64,000 nucleotides of DNA, from assembly GCA_964016885.1 (NCBI GenBank), contig OZ024740.1, forward strand, positions 296,050,001-296,114,000. Direction: 5' to 3'. Source of the stretch: Eledone cirrhosa. Its lineage: Eukaryota. The position numbers and the translations under genes were made by a program. Below are positions 1 through 13,293 of this stretch, in pieces. Each line of letters begins with the position of its first letter. Positions within the stretch are counted from its first letter, which is position 1. The notes beneath the pieces are model-generated. The model was not told the origin of the DNA. It saw nothing but the letters and a program-made list of their open reading frames with translations, and did no database searches.

Positions 1-129
1 TTAATATGTAAGTTGCAAAGCATCCCACAAACAAGAATAGGTTCAACGTAATTCTCAGGAAGATTCAGTGATATATATATTTATATATAAATTTCAAGTA
101 AGTACCAATTATAAAGTTAATATGATGTG

Positions 130-430
130 CTCCTGTAACCCCGGCTTAGTGGCATACAGCGTTTCTAGGGTATTTTAAACCTGACGGAGCCCATCTCTCT
201 CCAGGTCTCAATACATTGGATTTCTTCCAGAGAAGGATAGAGAATGATTGAAAAAGAGATATAGAGAAGGGATCAATGCCAGTACTGGACTGGTACTTCT
301 TTTATTGACCTCAAAATGATGAAAGGTAAAGTTGAGCTCGACTGGATTTGAACTCGGGGAGTAGAGAGCCGAAACAAATACCACAAATCATTCTATCCGA
401 CAATCTAACGACTTTGCCAATTGACCTCCT
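130..430 (-). mobile_element. tRNA-derived SINE, family A, long-bodied variant (diverged)
   Basis: Reverse complement has a box-B-like GAGTTCAAATCC and the AACTTTACCTTTCATC core. Its body matches 17215-17530 in the opposite orientation. Confidence 0.65.
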
Positions 431-1773
431 AATTATATAGTTACAACGCTTTAATAGATCCACTATATTTACTTCTAAAATATCCAGTAAATAACAGTAC
501 GTACGGTTTTGAGATGATGCTTCTTTGAACCCTGGTCAATGATATAAAATATTACTTACTCGTAGAGGGGGTTTGGACTGGTGAATTAGATAGTAGTGTA
601 AATAGGTAGGGGAGAAAGAGGGAGGAAATAAAGAAGATAAGGAGCAGTAGATGAGGGAAGGAAAAACCTGTGTGTAGAGAGATGTAGAATGAGGTTTATA
701 CAATTGATAGTAGGGGTCGCTGTGTAGACATGCACACATTTAGAGTTATAAATATAGAAAGAACTCCTTGCATAAGATCACTTGGTAGAAGTCAGAAGTG
801 ATGCTTTAGAAAGTATTTTAGAAAATAAACTTTCGAGGGAGATAGATTACCACCATTTGATAAGCGGGAATGGCTAGAATATGAGCGGGGTGTGGAAAAA
901 AATCTAAAATATTAATAAGCGGGGGAAGGGGCCATTATTTGAGACCAGAGAGTTCATTCCATGAGCATGGAGCCTGGTCTATTTTTTATTGGAGCAACTT
1001 TTATATTAATAGAATTATAAATTGCTTTTGCTCTAAACAAATAGTCAAGTAGCAGTCGAAAACATTTTCAAAGTCTGCTGACAATGTTGATAAAATAATA
1101 CATACTAATGTTAAAATATATATATATACCCTAATTACTATATTTAATAAGAAAATATGGTCAAAATTTTAATCAGTCAGAAATGCAATGTCTACATATT
1201 TCAGCACAAAACTTTGAATTTCACGTTATGAAAACAGATAGGTAAATAAAAGAGAAGTGTTTGCTAGGCCATAAGAGTTCCTAGATAAAGTGATAAATTT
1301 AATGATACAGAAACTTACTACATGGCAATAGAGGGAGGCAACTACCCAAGGGTACATAGAATTGCAAAATACTGGAAATAGGAGCTGTATGGGCGTTGGA
1401 AAATAATCCAAGATGAAAGAATATTAAAAGTAAAATATCTGAAAAATGAAAATATATTAAGAATATTATTTACAATAAGCCGTTAACTGATTTGAAGCAA
1501 ATGATTAATTGTTTTTGTATTTGTTTTTCAAAGATTAAGTTCAATTGGGATTTTATAGAAAACAATACATTTGTATTAATTAATATCGTACAGAAGGATA
1601 ACAAATTAGTTTAGGAAATCATATTTAAGACATATTGAGGGAAACTGTAAAATGATACTGTTCTACAAAATAACAGGCGTCAAATTGTTTATTGTTGTTG
1701 TTTAGGTCAAGCCTGATCGAACAGAAATCAATAAAAGGATTCCCTTTTTTGTTAAGTTTACATTATTTCAACT

Positions 1774-1819
<46 letters not shown>

Positions 1820-1846
1820 ACACACACATACACACGCACGCACATA

Positions 1847-1887
<41 letters not shown>

Positions 1888-2139
1888 CAGCTGCTCGACA
1901 AGATCCCAGACCTGACTCGCCTAACATGTGGGTTGGAGCTCATCAAATTGGACCGAGGAAACAATGTTTCCATTGGTCTTTCCAATTGCTAATACTATTT
2001 ACCGGTCGTGAATCTAGGCAGAAGCAGCAACGTGAAATAAGTGTCTTGCTCAAGGAAATAATGCATCGCCCGGTCTGGGAATCGATTTCACATCCTCACT
2101 ATTGCGAATCCGAGTCTCTAACCACTCAGCCACGCGCCT
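1888..2139 (-). mobile_element. tRNA-derived SINE, family B
   Basis: Minus strand starts GGCGCGTGGCTGAGTGGTTAGAG (box A), then a box-B-like motif, then CCTTGAGCAAGACACTTATTTCACGTTGCT. Homologous to the copies at 12258, 26233 and 27575. Confidence 0.75.
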
Positions 2140-2181
2140 ACACATACACACACACACACGCACGCACACATACATACACAC

Positions 2182-2232
<51 letters not shown>

Positions 2233-2433
2233 TACACGTACATACATATATGTATACAGACGTACAGTAGTATGTATATATATATATATACATACATGCA
2301 CACACATATATATGTACGTATGGATTCACCGAACATTTATTATAATGCTCCGTGTGTTTGTAAACAAACATCCCGTATTAAGCCGTAGTGTCTAGCAACC
2401 ATCGTTGCTCGTTTGTTCAACACTGACAAAGGA

Positions 2434-2476
2434 ACGCTGTACTAGTTTCAAGCTTATTAGCTATCGTCAGCAACGT
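2434..2476 (-). ncRNA. Minimal type-I hammerhead ribozyme in a short non-coding insert
   Basis: Minus strand: ACGTTG-CTGACGA-T-AGCT-AATA-AGCT-T-GAA-ACTAGT-A^CAGCGT. Stem I is 6 bp and stem III is palindromic. Confidence 0.8.
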
Positions 2477-2979
2477 ATACCTTCCTGTAAGATTGTTGAA
2501 CGTATATAATTACCTTATGTATATTAACGGCTGAGTAGTAACAGCCGTACTAAGAGTGGGAAATGAAATTTCGTTTCATTTTTTCCGTTTATTTATATAT
2601 ATATATATATATATATAATAGGTAAAAAGAGGATTAACACAGATAAGCAGTACAGTAGGGTTTATTTCTAGTATTTACATGTTTCATCGCCTTGTCTTGA
2701 AATAGCTACACACAGTTATCAATCGTGTATATATATATAAAAATATATATCATGTTTAACATAGAAATGGCTTCTACTAGAACAGTTTCATTAAACAAAT
2801 AATCTGCAAAGCCGACTGTCCTTATAAAACTATTGTATTTATAGTTTTCTAGCGGTTGGCGATGGTGGTGATTTTTAGATATATACACAATAATACAAGG
2901 ACACAGATAAAAGACACAAGCATACATATATATACATACACATACACATACATATAGATACATACATGTATACACATAT

Positions 2980-3078
<99 letters not shown>

Positions 3079-3129
3079 TAATGTATAAGGGGACAAAGAA
3101 TCAGTGTTGCATCATATACACATTTAATT

Positions 3130-3221
3130 ACATATTACATATGTTTCACTGTCGATCAGCTCGAGGAACGATCTATTAATGATTGAACCTGACTCTGGAA
3201 TCGGAAGCTTCTCAGATATGT
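3130..3221 (-). ncRNA. Degenerate hammerhead ribozyme with a long stem II insert
   Basis: Minus strand: ACATAT-CTGAGAA-GCT...AGT-GAA-ACATATGT-A^ATATGT. Stems I and III are intact, but the core deviates from CUGANGA. Confidence 0.5.
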
Positions 3222-3345
3222 GTTCACATGGAGACGCAAGTCTAGATATATAAAAGGTAAGCAGAAATAACAAAAATAAAAAAAGCAAACGGCACAATAT
3301 CTGGAGAAATATATTAGTTTAACGCTTGAAATAGTAGGAAGAGAG

Positions 3346-3381
3346 TCTTGACATTTCGGACATTAGTCCTTCATCAGAAGA
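3346..3381 (-). ncRNA. Minimal hammerhead ribozyme in a PLE pLTR-like fragment (~3255-3480)
   Basis: Minus strand: TCTT-CTGATGA-A-GGAC-TAAT-GTCC-GAA-ATGT-C^AAGA. Same family as 10197-10545. Confidence 0.75.
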
Positions 3382-4105
3382 TTGAGTTAGAAATAGAAGA
3401 TAAATAGAAAGTAAAAAATAATAAAAGTCAGGAACGGGGAAAATTTGATAAAAAATTGGGAAGATAAAACACGTGCGTATTCAGTCAGCCATCGATATAT
3501 ATATACACATGCATATATACTTATCTAAATATACATACATATACACATATATGTATATACATATATATATTTGAACATAGCTTTGATTCCTGTGAATTCT
3601 ATATAACTGCTCTGTAGAACAACTGATGTTATTACATTGAGCTATTTATCTTACTGGTAATAAGGTAGTAATAAATTACTGTCTTTCACTGTTTAGGGTT
3701 TAAAATATATATAACTATAAAAAGTTTTAGTATATACATAACCATAAATAGTATCCTTAATACTATATATATATATATGTACATACATATATGTATATAC
3801 ATGCATACACACACACATACACACATATATATATATATATATACATATACACATATATGTATATATATTAATAATAATAGTAATAATAATAAATTTGAAG
3901 ACTAAAATCCAAAGAGGGCTCGATAAGGATAAATATATATCAAATATATAAGAACCGTAGAGCAAATATTTATTAAAATAACAGATTAAAGTTTAAGCAG
4001 CGATTCTTTGCTTAAACTTTAATCTGTTGTTTTAATAAATATATATATATTATATATATATATACACACATATATACATGAACACATTTTATACGTTGTA
4101 TTTAA

Positions 4106-4177
4106 TTGATTCTGATGATTTCTCTACGAAGGTGTTGGCAATGATATTCTTTGGAGAATGAAACATGTGTAAATCAA
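4106..4177 (+). ncRNA. Type-I hammerhead ribozyme with extended stem II
   Basis: TTGATT-CTGATGA-TTTCTC...GAGAAT-GAA-ACATGTGT-A^AATCAA. Stem I is 6 bp. Confidence 0.8.
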
Positions 4178-4375
4178 ATAAATAATTGTTGTACGTTGGT
4201 AATCTATTTCTTGCGTTTATATATGTTCTGTGATTATAAATCTAAGATGACCGGAAGATTACTAACTGGATTTACCTCTGCACTACCACTCGCTAATCTA
4301 GATATTGGAAACAACACATCTGAGCTTTAAATATTTGAACACCTTACTGTTGTATTATCAACTTATAGACATTAC

Positions 4376-4436
<61 letters not shown>

Positions 4437-4592
4437 GAAAAAGTTTGACCGTGACGGCAGAGCTCAAGCCGTTTCGACGAAACATTTTTCTATTACCCCA
4501 CTCTACTACCCTAAGTATTGAGTACTCTGGTGCGTTATGGTCCAACTGGTTCTTTACCACACTTCCTATATATATATATATATATATATATA

Positions 4593-7056
4593 TACCCTCC
4601 TCCGCCTTTACTCCACCTGCCACCCCCTCCTCGCCCAAGCCATCCTCTCCTTCATCCACAACCTCAACCACAACCTCTTCTCGTTCCTCAGCTCCACCAA
4701 AGCCCGCAAGCTACACTCACTCCCCCCCCCCCCCCATCCACCACCACCCGCCCATCCCCATACGCCCACCACTCCCCACCTCTCCCCGACCGCCACCCCC
4801 ACCCAATCTCCGCCCCTCACCACACCCTCCCTTCCCTCCCCTAACACCCAAACCCCACCCCTTGTTGTCACCATACCCCCTGACCTCCCCCTCTCCGCAC
4901 CTGAGCGCTCACTCCTTAGTAGAGGCCTTCGCTTCATACCCCACACTCCGCTCAGCGACGAGTTCCGCACCCGAACGGAAGTCGAGCGATTCGTGCGACG
5001 CACTAAGCTACAGGCACATTTCGGTCAAACGCCACCGGCTCCGGACGCCCCAGACCCGTTTCTCGCCCTGGGCCGACGACCATCTTCTTGGACGCCGGCC
5101 CCAGGGCAATTTAGCACCCTGGACGCCTTCGTCGATGCCAGCCGTAGCGCAGTAAATCGTTTCGACTTCCGCCACCGTTCCAAACGGCACAACATCTCAC
5201 GGGGCGAACTCCTCGCTCTCCGCTCCCTCCGTAGCCGAGATGACATCGTCATCAAACCGGCGGACAAGGGAGGCGCCGTGGTGGTATGGCGCGCGGACCT
5301 CTACAAGGCCGAAGCCCTCAGGCAGCTCTGTAACCCCCTCTTTTACCGCCCTCTACCCTCCGATCCCACCCCCCTCTACCAACAACAAGTCTCCTCCACC
5401 ATCAAAGACCTTATCGCCTCCTCCCTCCTCCCCCCACCGCTTCCCACCTCATCGTCCGCACACCCCGCACCCCCACCATCTACTTCCTCCCCAAACTCCA
5501 CAAACCCGACAACCCCGGCCGTCCCATCGTCTCCGCTTGCAACTGCCCCACCGAACTCATCTCCGCCTTTCTCGACTCCCTCCTCGCCCCCCTTGTCACC
5601 ACCCTCCCCTCCCACATCTCTGACACCAACCACGCCCTGCGCCTTTTCGACTCCTTCACCTACCTACCCGGCCCTCAGCCATTCCTCTTCACCCTAGACA
5701 TCAAGTCCCTCTATACCGTCATCCCCCACGCCGACGGCCTTCGCGCCCTCAAACACTACCTCGACCTTCGCCCCTCCCCCATTCCCTCCACCCCCACCCT
5801 CCTTCGCCTCGCCGAGCTGGTCCTCACCCTAAATTGTTTCTCCTTCTCGGGTGAGTTTTACCAACAGGTCACGGGGGTAGCCATGGGCACAAGAATGGGC
5901 CCGAACTATGCCAATCTTTTTGTTGGCCATGTTGAGGCCCAAATCTTTGCCCAGTACACCGGCCCCACGCCCGAACTGTACGGTCGTTACATTGACGACT
6001 GTATCGGAGCCACGACCCTCACCCGAGTACAGCTCGACTCCTTTCTCTCCTTCTTCTGCTCCTTCCACCCCTCCCTCCACTTCACCACCTCTATCTCCAC
6101 CACCCACGTCCACTTCTTGGACATCTCCGTCGCCTTCGACCCCTCCCACCACTCCCTCGTCACCTCCGCCTTCTTCAAACCCACCGACTCCCACTCTTAC
6201 CTCGACTTCACCTCTTCCCACCCCACCCACACTAAACTCTCCATTCCCTACTCCCAACTTCTCAGGATCCGCCGCCTCTGTAGCCGAGATGCTGACTTCG
6301 AGTCCCAAGCCCTTTCCCTAGTCAGCCATTTCATCCGCAGAGGTTACCCCCCCTCTCTCGTCCACACCGCTCTCACCCGCGCCCGTGCTATCCCCCGCTC
6401 TACCACCCTCACCCCACGCCACCGCACACCCACCCACCGTCTCCCCTTCCCCATCACCTACCACCCCTCCACCTTACCGCACCATCCGCCGCCTCTTCCG
6501 ACACCTCCAGTCCGACCCCTCCACCTCCCACATCTTCCCAACCTCACCACTCCCCTCCTTCATACGCGCACGCAATCTCCGCACCCTCCTCGTCCACAGC
6601 TCCCTACCCCCAACCCACGCTCCGTTTCCCCCCCCCCCCGGTTCCTTCCCCTGTTCTAGGCCCCGCTGCAACACCTGTCCCCACATCACCAACACCACCA
6701 CCTTCCAGGGTCCCAACGGCCACCCTCTCTCGGTCCGGCATGCCTTCCGCTGCACCTCCTCCAACCTAGTCTACGGACTTCGTTGCACGAGGTGCAGCGC
6801 GACTTATGTCGGACAGACGGGACGCCGCCTGGCGGACCGAGTCACGGAGCACCTCCGGGACATTCGTCTCGGGGGCAGTTCCCCCATCGCCCGCCACTTT
6901 GGTGGCCCTGGACACTCCGCACACCATCTCACAGTCTGTGGCCTACTCCAGTGCCACGGAACACCCGCCCATCGCCTCACGGTCGAACAACGTACTATCT
7001 TCATCTTACAGACCCACACTCCCCCCGGCCTGAACTCCCCACCCTTATTCCTTTAG
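4593..7056 (+). pseudogene. PLE reverse transcriptase/GIY-YIG endonuclease ORF with two frameshifts
   Basis: Motifs IKPADKGGAVVV, YFLPKLHK..PGRPIVS, TLDIKSLYT, GVAMGTRMGPNYANLF, YIDD, Cys linker CSRPRCNTC, VYGLRC..C..TYVGQT and EH..H. Frameshifts at a C-run (~5435) and at ~6470. Confidence 0.92.
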
Positions 7057-7541
7057 CGTTCGACCCCCCCCCCCCCCCACACACACACTTATCCCCCACT
7101 AACACCACTAACACACCCCTCCTTTTCACCGCCCACCCCACACTAACAATACTAACACCTCCACTCCACCCCTCATCTAACCACCCTACCCCAACTAACA
7201 TACTAACATCCCTTCCCTCCCCTCTTCTCCTCCTCCCCCCTCCTTATCACACGCACACACTTACACCACCCACCCACACGCAACTAACATCACTAACACC
7301 CTCCAACCCCACGCACACGTACCCACACACCCTCGTACACCACCAACTCTACACACCCTACCCCCACTAACCCCCACTCACACCTGCATTCCACCCCTCC
7401 CCACCTCCCGTCTACTAACACCCACTAACACCTCCTCACCAAACTACACACACACCAGTACACCACACTCCCTCCATAGAACCACACACACACCCTTCTC
7501 TCCCCACTCCACACTCACTCATCCCACTAACACCCCTACTA

Positions 7542-7594
<53 letters not shown>

Positions 7595-8391
7595 CCTCAC
7601 TCCAACTCTCACACCTACCCATCCTCGCCTCCCTACCATTCCGCTGACTGCTGCTATGCCCTTCCGACCACTGTCTCAGCACCAACTGACCACAGCACTT
7701 CCACTGCTGACCACTTCCTGTTGCGCGCGCACCCCACATCTCTCCTCTTCCGACCACTGCTTCTTGGATTACCCACACGCGTTTTGACTTCCAACCAAAA
7801 TCTCCATACATCCGTGTAACTTACCACTTTCAACCATCCTCTAACACCATCACCTATATAACTCACCCACACACACATCCCCAAAAAATTTTTTTTTATC
7901 CACACGCCACCCACACACACGTGCTTCCCACCACATATATACACCCTCAGCCCCCTGATTCCTCTCCCCCCACCCCCTATCCACACACGCACAGACCCTC
8001 CGACACACAAAAACACCCCCCACACACACCTTCCTGAACATGCAACCCCGTTCTTCCCCCAACCCTCATTTTCACATACACACACGCACACCTAACCACA
8101 CACACTACCTTCAGCCCTCCCCGCTCGGACACCCCGTCTCCCTCTCCCCACTCCACCCGCCTCCACCTCTACTCACCCCACACCCTTCCACCACCTGTTT
8201 ACCCCCCTTTTAATTTCAGTTTATTTTGATCATGCCTTTATTTTTAAATGTTCTCATTCCTTGTATTTTGATCATGCTTTATTTTTATTTATTATTTATT
8301 ATATTTTTGTCTTTATTTGTTAATTTTTCATTCGCACCGTTTCCTTTCGCTATATGTCTCTCCACCACTCCCCTACACACCTTTTGAACTC

Positions 8392-8425
8392 TTACCTGAA
8401 GAAGGGCTTATGCCCGAAACGTCGT
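8392..8425 (+). ncRNA. Minimal hammerhead motif in the PLE 3' pLTR
   Basis: CTGAAGA-A-GGGC-TTAT-GCCC-GAA-ACGT-C. Stem I is only ~2 bp here. Confidence 0.7.
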
Positions 8426-8510
8426 CCTCCACCTACCTCCCACTCTCCTGAGCGTGAATCTAATAAACATTTGTCGTACTGCCTCTCTGTTCTGTCCCTG
8501 TTCAATTTTT

Positions 8511-8549
<39 letters not shown>

Positions 8550-8693
8550 AAATGAGTCAGGACCCCGTTTCGAAATGGCCGGAGCTCAGTCGTCGGGGTC
8601 CTGACTCTTTTCCTATCACCAACTCTACTACCCTAAGTATCGAGTACTCTGGTGCGTTATGGTCTACCTGGTATCTTACCACACCTTCTTTGT

Positions 8694-8763
<70 letters not shown>

Positions 8764-9689
8764 TCGATCTCTATTCGTTAAATTACGAATTTACGGAACA
8801 TAAACAAACAGAATCTGATTGTAAGCAGTGTCCCCGTGGACATAGATGGAAGCATGTAAAATATATTTATGTGTAATAAACATACGTAAGTCGCATTGTG
8901 AGTATTTTACGCTGTGATCACATCACAGCTGACTCCATAATTGTCTGAGAATGTGAAATAATATGGTATAGAGGAAAATTTTGTTTGCATATATAGAGCA
9001 CATTTTTCTTGTTGATATTTTCACAAGGTTTGCTCACTTCATTCAGGAAATTTGCATGAATCTAGTAAAAGTCACATAAGTCATGAAAGAGAAGTTTATT
9101 TGAGAAGAGAAATTCACATGAATAATCTTGAGACTTCTCTTGAGACTATGGAACGAATCCCGCGTTAGTAGCGACGACTGCTTCTATATCAGCTCTGATG
9201 ATCTTTATCTATTCAAGATATTCTTTATCTATTTAAGACATATATAGAGAGAGTTGTTTTTATTTAGAGGTTTTTTATGAGCCTGTTTCTAGCTTCCCTT
9301 TTAACCTCTGGCTTTGGACGTCAGACCTGCTGTTTTAAAGCTGAAAGCACTTTGATTTATAATTTTTGTGTGTCGTTTTGCTGAGAAGTTGTTTGCTGTC
9401 TTGACATTGAAACAACACAAGGTATTCTCATGAATTTTCTTATAAAAGCCAATAATTATGTTTTGTGACATTGCTTACTGCTGTGTTTACGATGTCTTAA
9501 TTAATTAATTAATTATCTTAATTAGTATTTGTAGTTAAAATTATATTTTTATTTTAAAATGTATTTTTTGCTTATAATGCTTACTTTTAATATACTTTTA
9601 ATATACTGTAAATTTTTTACACCTAAATATAAATTTGAAAAAAAATGAAGTTTTTAGCCTAAATAGTATTTGAGCTATTTAAGATGTGC

Positions 9690-10000
9690 AATCGAAAGAA
9701 TTGTGCATGAGGACTTTCGATACAAGTCATATGTAATGTGGAGAAGCCAATTCATGTCTGCAAAAACAAAACAGCTAACTGATCTGCGCAAGGCGTTTAT
9801 GGAGCGAGTTGAAACATGAAGAGCTTCGAATACTTTAGTTTTTATCTGATCAGAACAAAAAGGTCAACCAAAGGAATGACAAGTGATTATCTACAGTGCC
9901 TAAAGAAGTTCCAGCCGTCATGCTTACAAAGTCTCCTGCATCAGTGGGGGTGCTGAGAGTTGTGTGCATTGAACATGTCATAACTCATTACTTCTTTGTT
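9690..10000 (+). pseudogene. Tc1/mariner-superfamily (DD37D/maT-like) transposase fragment
   Basis: Decayed peptides VHEDFRYKSYVM..QFMS, VNQRND and PKEVPAVMLTKSPASV.VL.VV...HV..H.F resemble mariner/maT transposase segments. Recognised from memory. Confidence 0.6.
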
Positions 10001-10001
10001 T

Positions 10002-10048
<47 letters not shown>

Positions 10049-10196
10049 ACCAAAGAACATTTCAATGATACGGATGATTTCCTGGTGGATGTTCAGATAT
10101 ACTCCGGGTTGGTGTATCCAGTTTCGGGGTGAAAATCCAGTTAGAAAATCCAACGAATTTGAGAGGTCCACGTAAGCGTTGATATATATATGTATA

Positions 10197-10540
10197 TAAA
10201 AGGTGAACAGAAATAACAACACAATCGGTACAGTATATTAGGGTAACGCTTGATATAGCAGGAAGAGGGTTTTGACGTTTGGGACGCTAGTCCTTCATCA
10301 GAAGAAAGAATGAGAAATAAGATAGATTGAGGGGACTGGCGGACTGGAATTGGAAAAAATGTCTTTAGATAAAGATAACAGATCCATTCATGTTGACATC
10401 TCTTTGACTTATTTCTCATTCTTTCTTCTGATGAAAGACTAGCATCTGAAACATCAAGACCCACTTCCTGCTATTTCAAGCGTTAACCTAATATATTCAT
10501 TCCATATACTGTACTGATTGTATTGTTATTTCTGTTTACC

Positions 10541-10545
<5 letters not shown>
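10197..10545. mobile_element. Inverted pair of PLE pLTR fragments, each with a decayed HHR
   Basis: 10197-10321 and 10408-10545 are diverged inverted repeats. CTGATGA cores at 10295-10301 (-) and 10428-10434 (+). Confidence 0.75.
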
Positions 10546-10611
<66 letters not shown>

Positions 10612-10748
10612 ATAATTGTTTCTACTTTAGGCACAAGACCAGCAATTACCCAGTGCATTACTGGTACTTTATTTTATCGACTCCGTAAGGATGAAAGGCA
10701 AAGTTAATGATTTCTACTATAGGCACAAGGCCAGCAATTTTGGGGGAG

Positions 10749-10805
<57 letters not shown>

Positions 10806-11237
10806 GATCGAGTATCGAAAAATCGGCGCACGAGTTCACGATAAACGAAATTCGATATGAGCGGCAGAGGGCTCAATAATTCAGATGAATCAGAGCTATA
10901 ACTATCGTTAAAATACCGTCACATATAGAACAAGTCTACAATCAACCATACGATTTAAAATCGATAAAGGAAGATTCGGGCCAAACAGATAAAAAATATC
11001 AATAAAACAATACGTCAATAATTTAAATGAATGTAAAATCATACCCGGACCCACTAGACAGGTGTTAAATCTAGCTTCATGGGTTTCTGTAAATCCTTAG
11101 ACTGTACTCTATCAGCTCACATATAAATATAAAAGCCTACTAGAGCAAGTGGAACGGAGGTTTACGTTATCAACGAGTTTTTTCCTGGCGGCAGAGGAGC
11201 CAACTACCAGTGAAAAACGCACATGGCATTAGATATA

Positions 11238-11273
<36 letters not shown>

Positions 11274-11797
11274 GAATATTTTCGAAACAGCGAGTGGTTT
11301 TGAAATTATTAGAAATGTAAGCTACCGCCGTATTTTGACTAAAGAAATTAAAGAAATTATTTAGCGTGATAGTGGGGTTAAGAACCCTCGGAGAAATGGA
11401 AAAAGATGAGTATTGACGTATATATATATATATATACTAGCTGAACTGTCTGGTGATATCTAGATATTTTATGAAAGTAACAATATATTTTGACACACAA
11501 TAAAAATATTCTACAAATAAAATAGAATCTCAAAATATTTCACTGTAAAATTGTTGATATTGTCCAGTAGTGCCTTGATGAAGAGACAATCAAGATTTCC
11601 AACTCTTGAAATACCAACACACACCCTAATGTCTTTTAAGAAAGGAGAGCGAGAAACAGAACGGTGAAATAGAGTAGCAGTGAGAATGGTAGTGAGTGAT
11701 TTTGGGTGAATGAAGAAACTCGGAAAGTTCAAAAGGAATTTTAGTGGGAGGTCTTCTTCTTCAAATATTTTATACTGCAAGGATTACCCCCAGTTTA

Positions 11798-11835
<38 letters not shown>

Positions 11836-11837
<2 letters not shown>

Positions 11838-12166
11838 AGGGCGGGTAAAATCCCCGAGATCCATGGACGAGTTCTCTCCAGCGGCCTCTGTCCCTCATTA
11901 TCACTGCCATGTCCTGAGTCTCCAACAGACCAGTGTTTGTCCTTAGGGCATCAACATACGTTAACCTTGGTCTTCCTCTTCCAGTGTGTCCATGTAGGGG
12001 CTCCCACAGGAGCACTGAGTGCAATGTCAACTCTGGATGTCGGTGAGCATGTCCAGCTGACCTCAGTCTCCTCTGTGTCACTATTGAGCTGACTTTTGGG
12101 AGGCTCCCATACAGCTCTGAGTTTTTCATCCTCAGTGTATACTGATTAATGTTCAGAGCCATCCTC

Positions 12167-12170
<4 letters not shown>
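11836..12170 (-). mobile_element. 3' fragment of an RTE-like LINE
   Basis: C-terminal peptide RRLRSAGHAHRHPE...LLWEP...[11 protein letters not shown]...DRGRWR. The stop codon abuts (TA)n. Confidence 0.8.
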
Positions 12171-12257
<87 letters not shown>

Positions 12258-12258
<1 letters not shown>

Positions 12259-12525
12259 GGTGCATGGCTTAGTGGTTAGAGTATTGGGCTTGCAATCGAA
12301 AGGTTGTGAGTTCAATTCTCGGACCGGGTGATGTGTTGTTTCCTTGAGCAAGACAATTTATTTCACGTTGCTCCAGTTTGCTCAGCTGTAGAAATGAGAT
12401 GAAGAGGTACCGGCCTGCCCGCCCAGCCAGTGGGATGGTGTTATCTTATGGCTAAAATAGCACGACGTACTGTGACTAGCGGCACCGAATGGAAGCCCGA
12501 CAGACTGGTCGGTCAAGGTGATCAA
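12258..12525 (+). mobile_element. tRNA-derived SINE, family B
   Basis: GGTGCATGGCTTAGTGGTTAGAG (box A), GAGTTCAATTC (box B), then the CCTTGAGCAAG core. Confidence 0.8.
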
Positions 12526-12859
12526 AGGTCTTTTGCACAGTTTTCGTTCAACAGATTTTGCTCACAAGACATTAGTCAGCCTGAAGCAATAATACATGTG
12601 GTAACGAATCCATGTGGTTGCGTACTTAAGAGCTTATCCACACAACTATATCTGCGCATATATTTAGATGTTTTTAATGTATTCTGTAAACTCAGTTTCC
12701 TGGCATATTAATTTAGTTTAGTCAATATATATGTAATATATATGTAATATATATGTAAAACTTTTCATAATTTTAATTATAGTTTTATGTCTCAATTCGC
12801 TTTTCCCTATGTTTGCTCCCCTCCAACTTCTAGACGTTGCAATTTTTGCAATATTATGT

Positions 12860-12920
<61 letters not shown>

Positions 12921-13079
12921 ATATATATATATATATATATATAAGGCGGTAGTGTGTGATTTAGGAGATATTTAGCTGCTATTTTCTTGCAGGTTAATTG
13001 ATCGTAAATTCATGACTCAAGCCAATTAGCTTCTTAATTAAAAATTGTATGTAATCCCTATTTAACAAATTATATATTA

Positions 13080-13293
13080 CAGACAAAACCAACCGACAGG
13101 AGACCTAGGGGTAGGCCATAGCAAGATGGTTGGATAACATCCATGAACTCAGCTGGTCTCGCTTGGGGGTTCAAACGGATCAGTTTGAAACGGTTGCTTC
13201 TTATAGGACCCGCTGGGATGAGTTTTGAGGACTCTGTTCCCCACGACCCTCTCGGGAAAACATGAGCGAAGAAGAAGAAGAATAAGAAGAAGA
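13080..13293 (+). mobile_element. RTE LINE 3' end with (GAA)n tail
   Basis: KPTDRRPRGRP..RWLDNI-like remnant followed by a GAAGAAGAAG tail. Related to the fragments at 15665, 45410 and 47655. Confidence 0.65.

Larger units (their letters stand above)
4593..8512 (+). mobile_element. Penelope-like retroelement (Neptune-like), 5'-truncated, between (TA)n tracts
   Basis: RT plus GIY-YIG coding region, ~1.4 kb C/A-rich 3' region, terminal HHR and AATAAA. Both ends abut (TA)n. Confidence 0.9.

Noticed and set aside
4433-7370. Pro/Ser-rich ORFs overlapping the PLE
   Set aside because: Alternative frames kept open by the C-rich strand bias.
9190-9230. CTGATGA followed by a short TCTT/AAGA hairpin
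   Set aside because: No GAAA and no stems I/III.
12258-12330. tRNA gene
   Set aside because: tRNA-like head continues into a multi-copy SINE body; no proper cloverleaf end.
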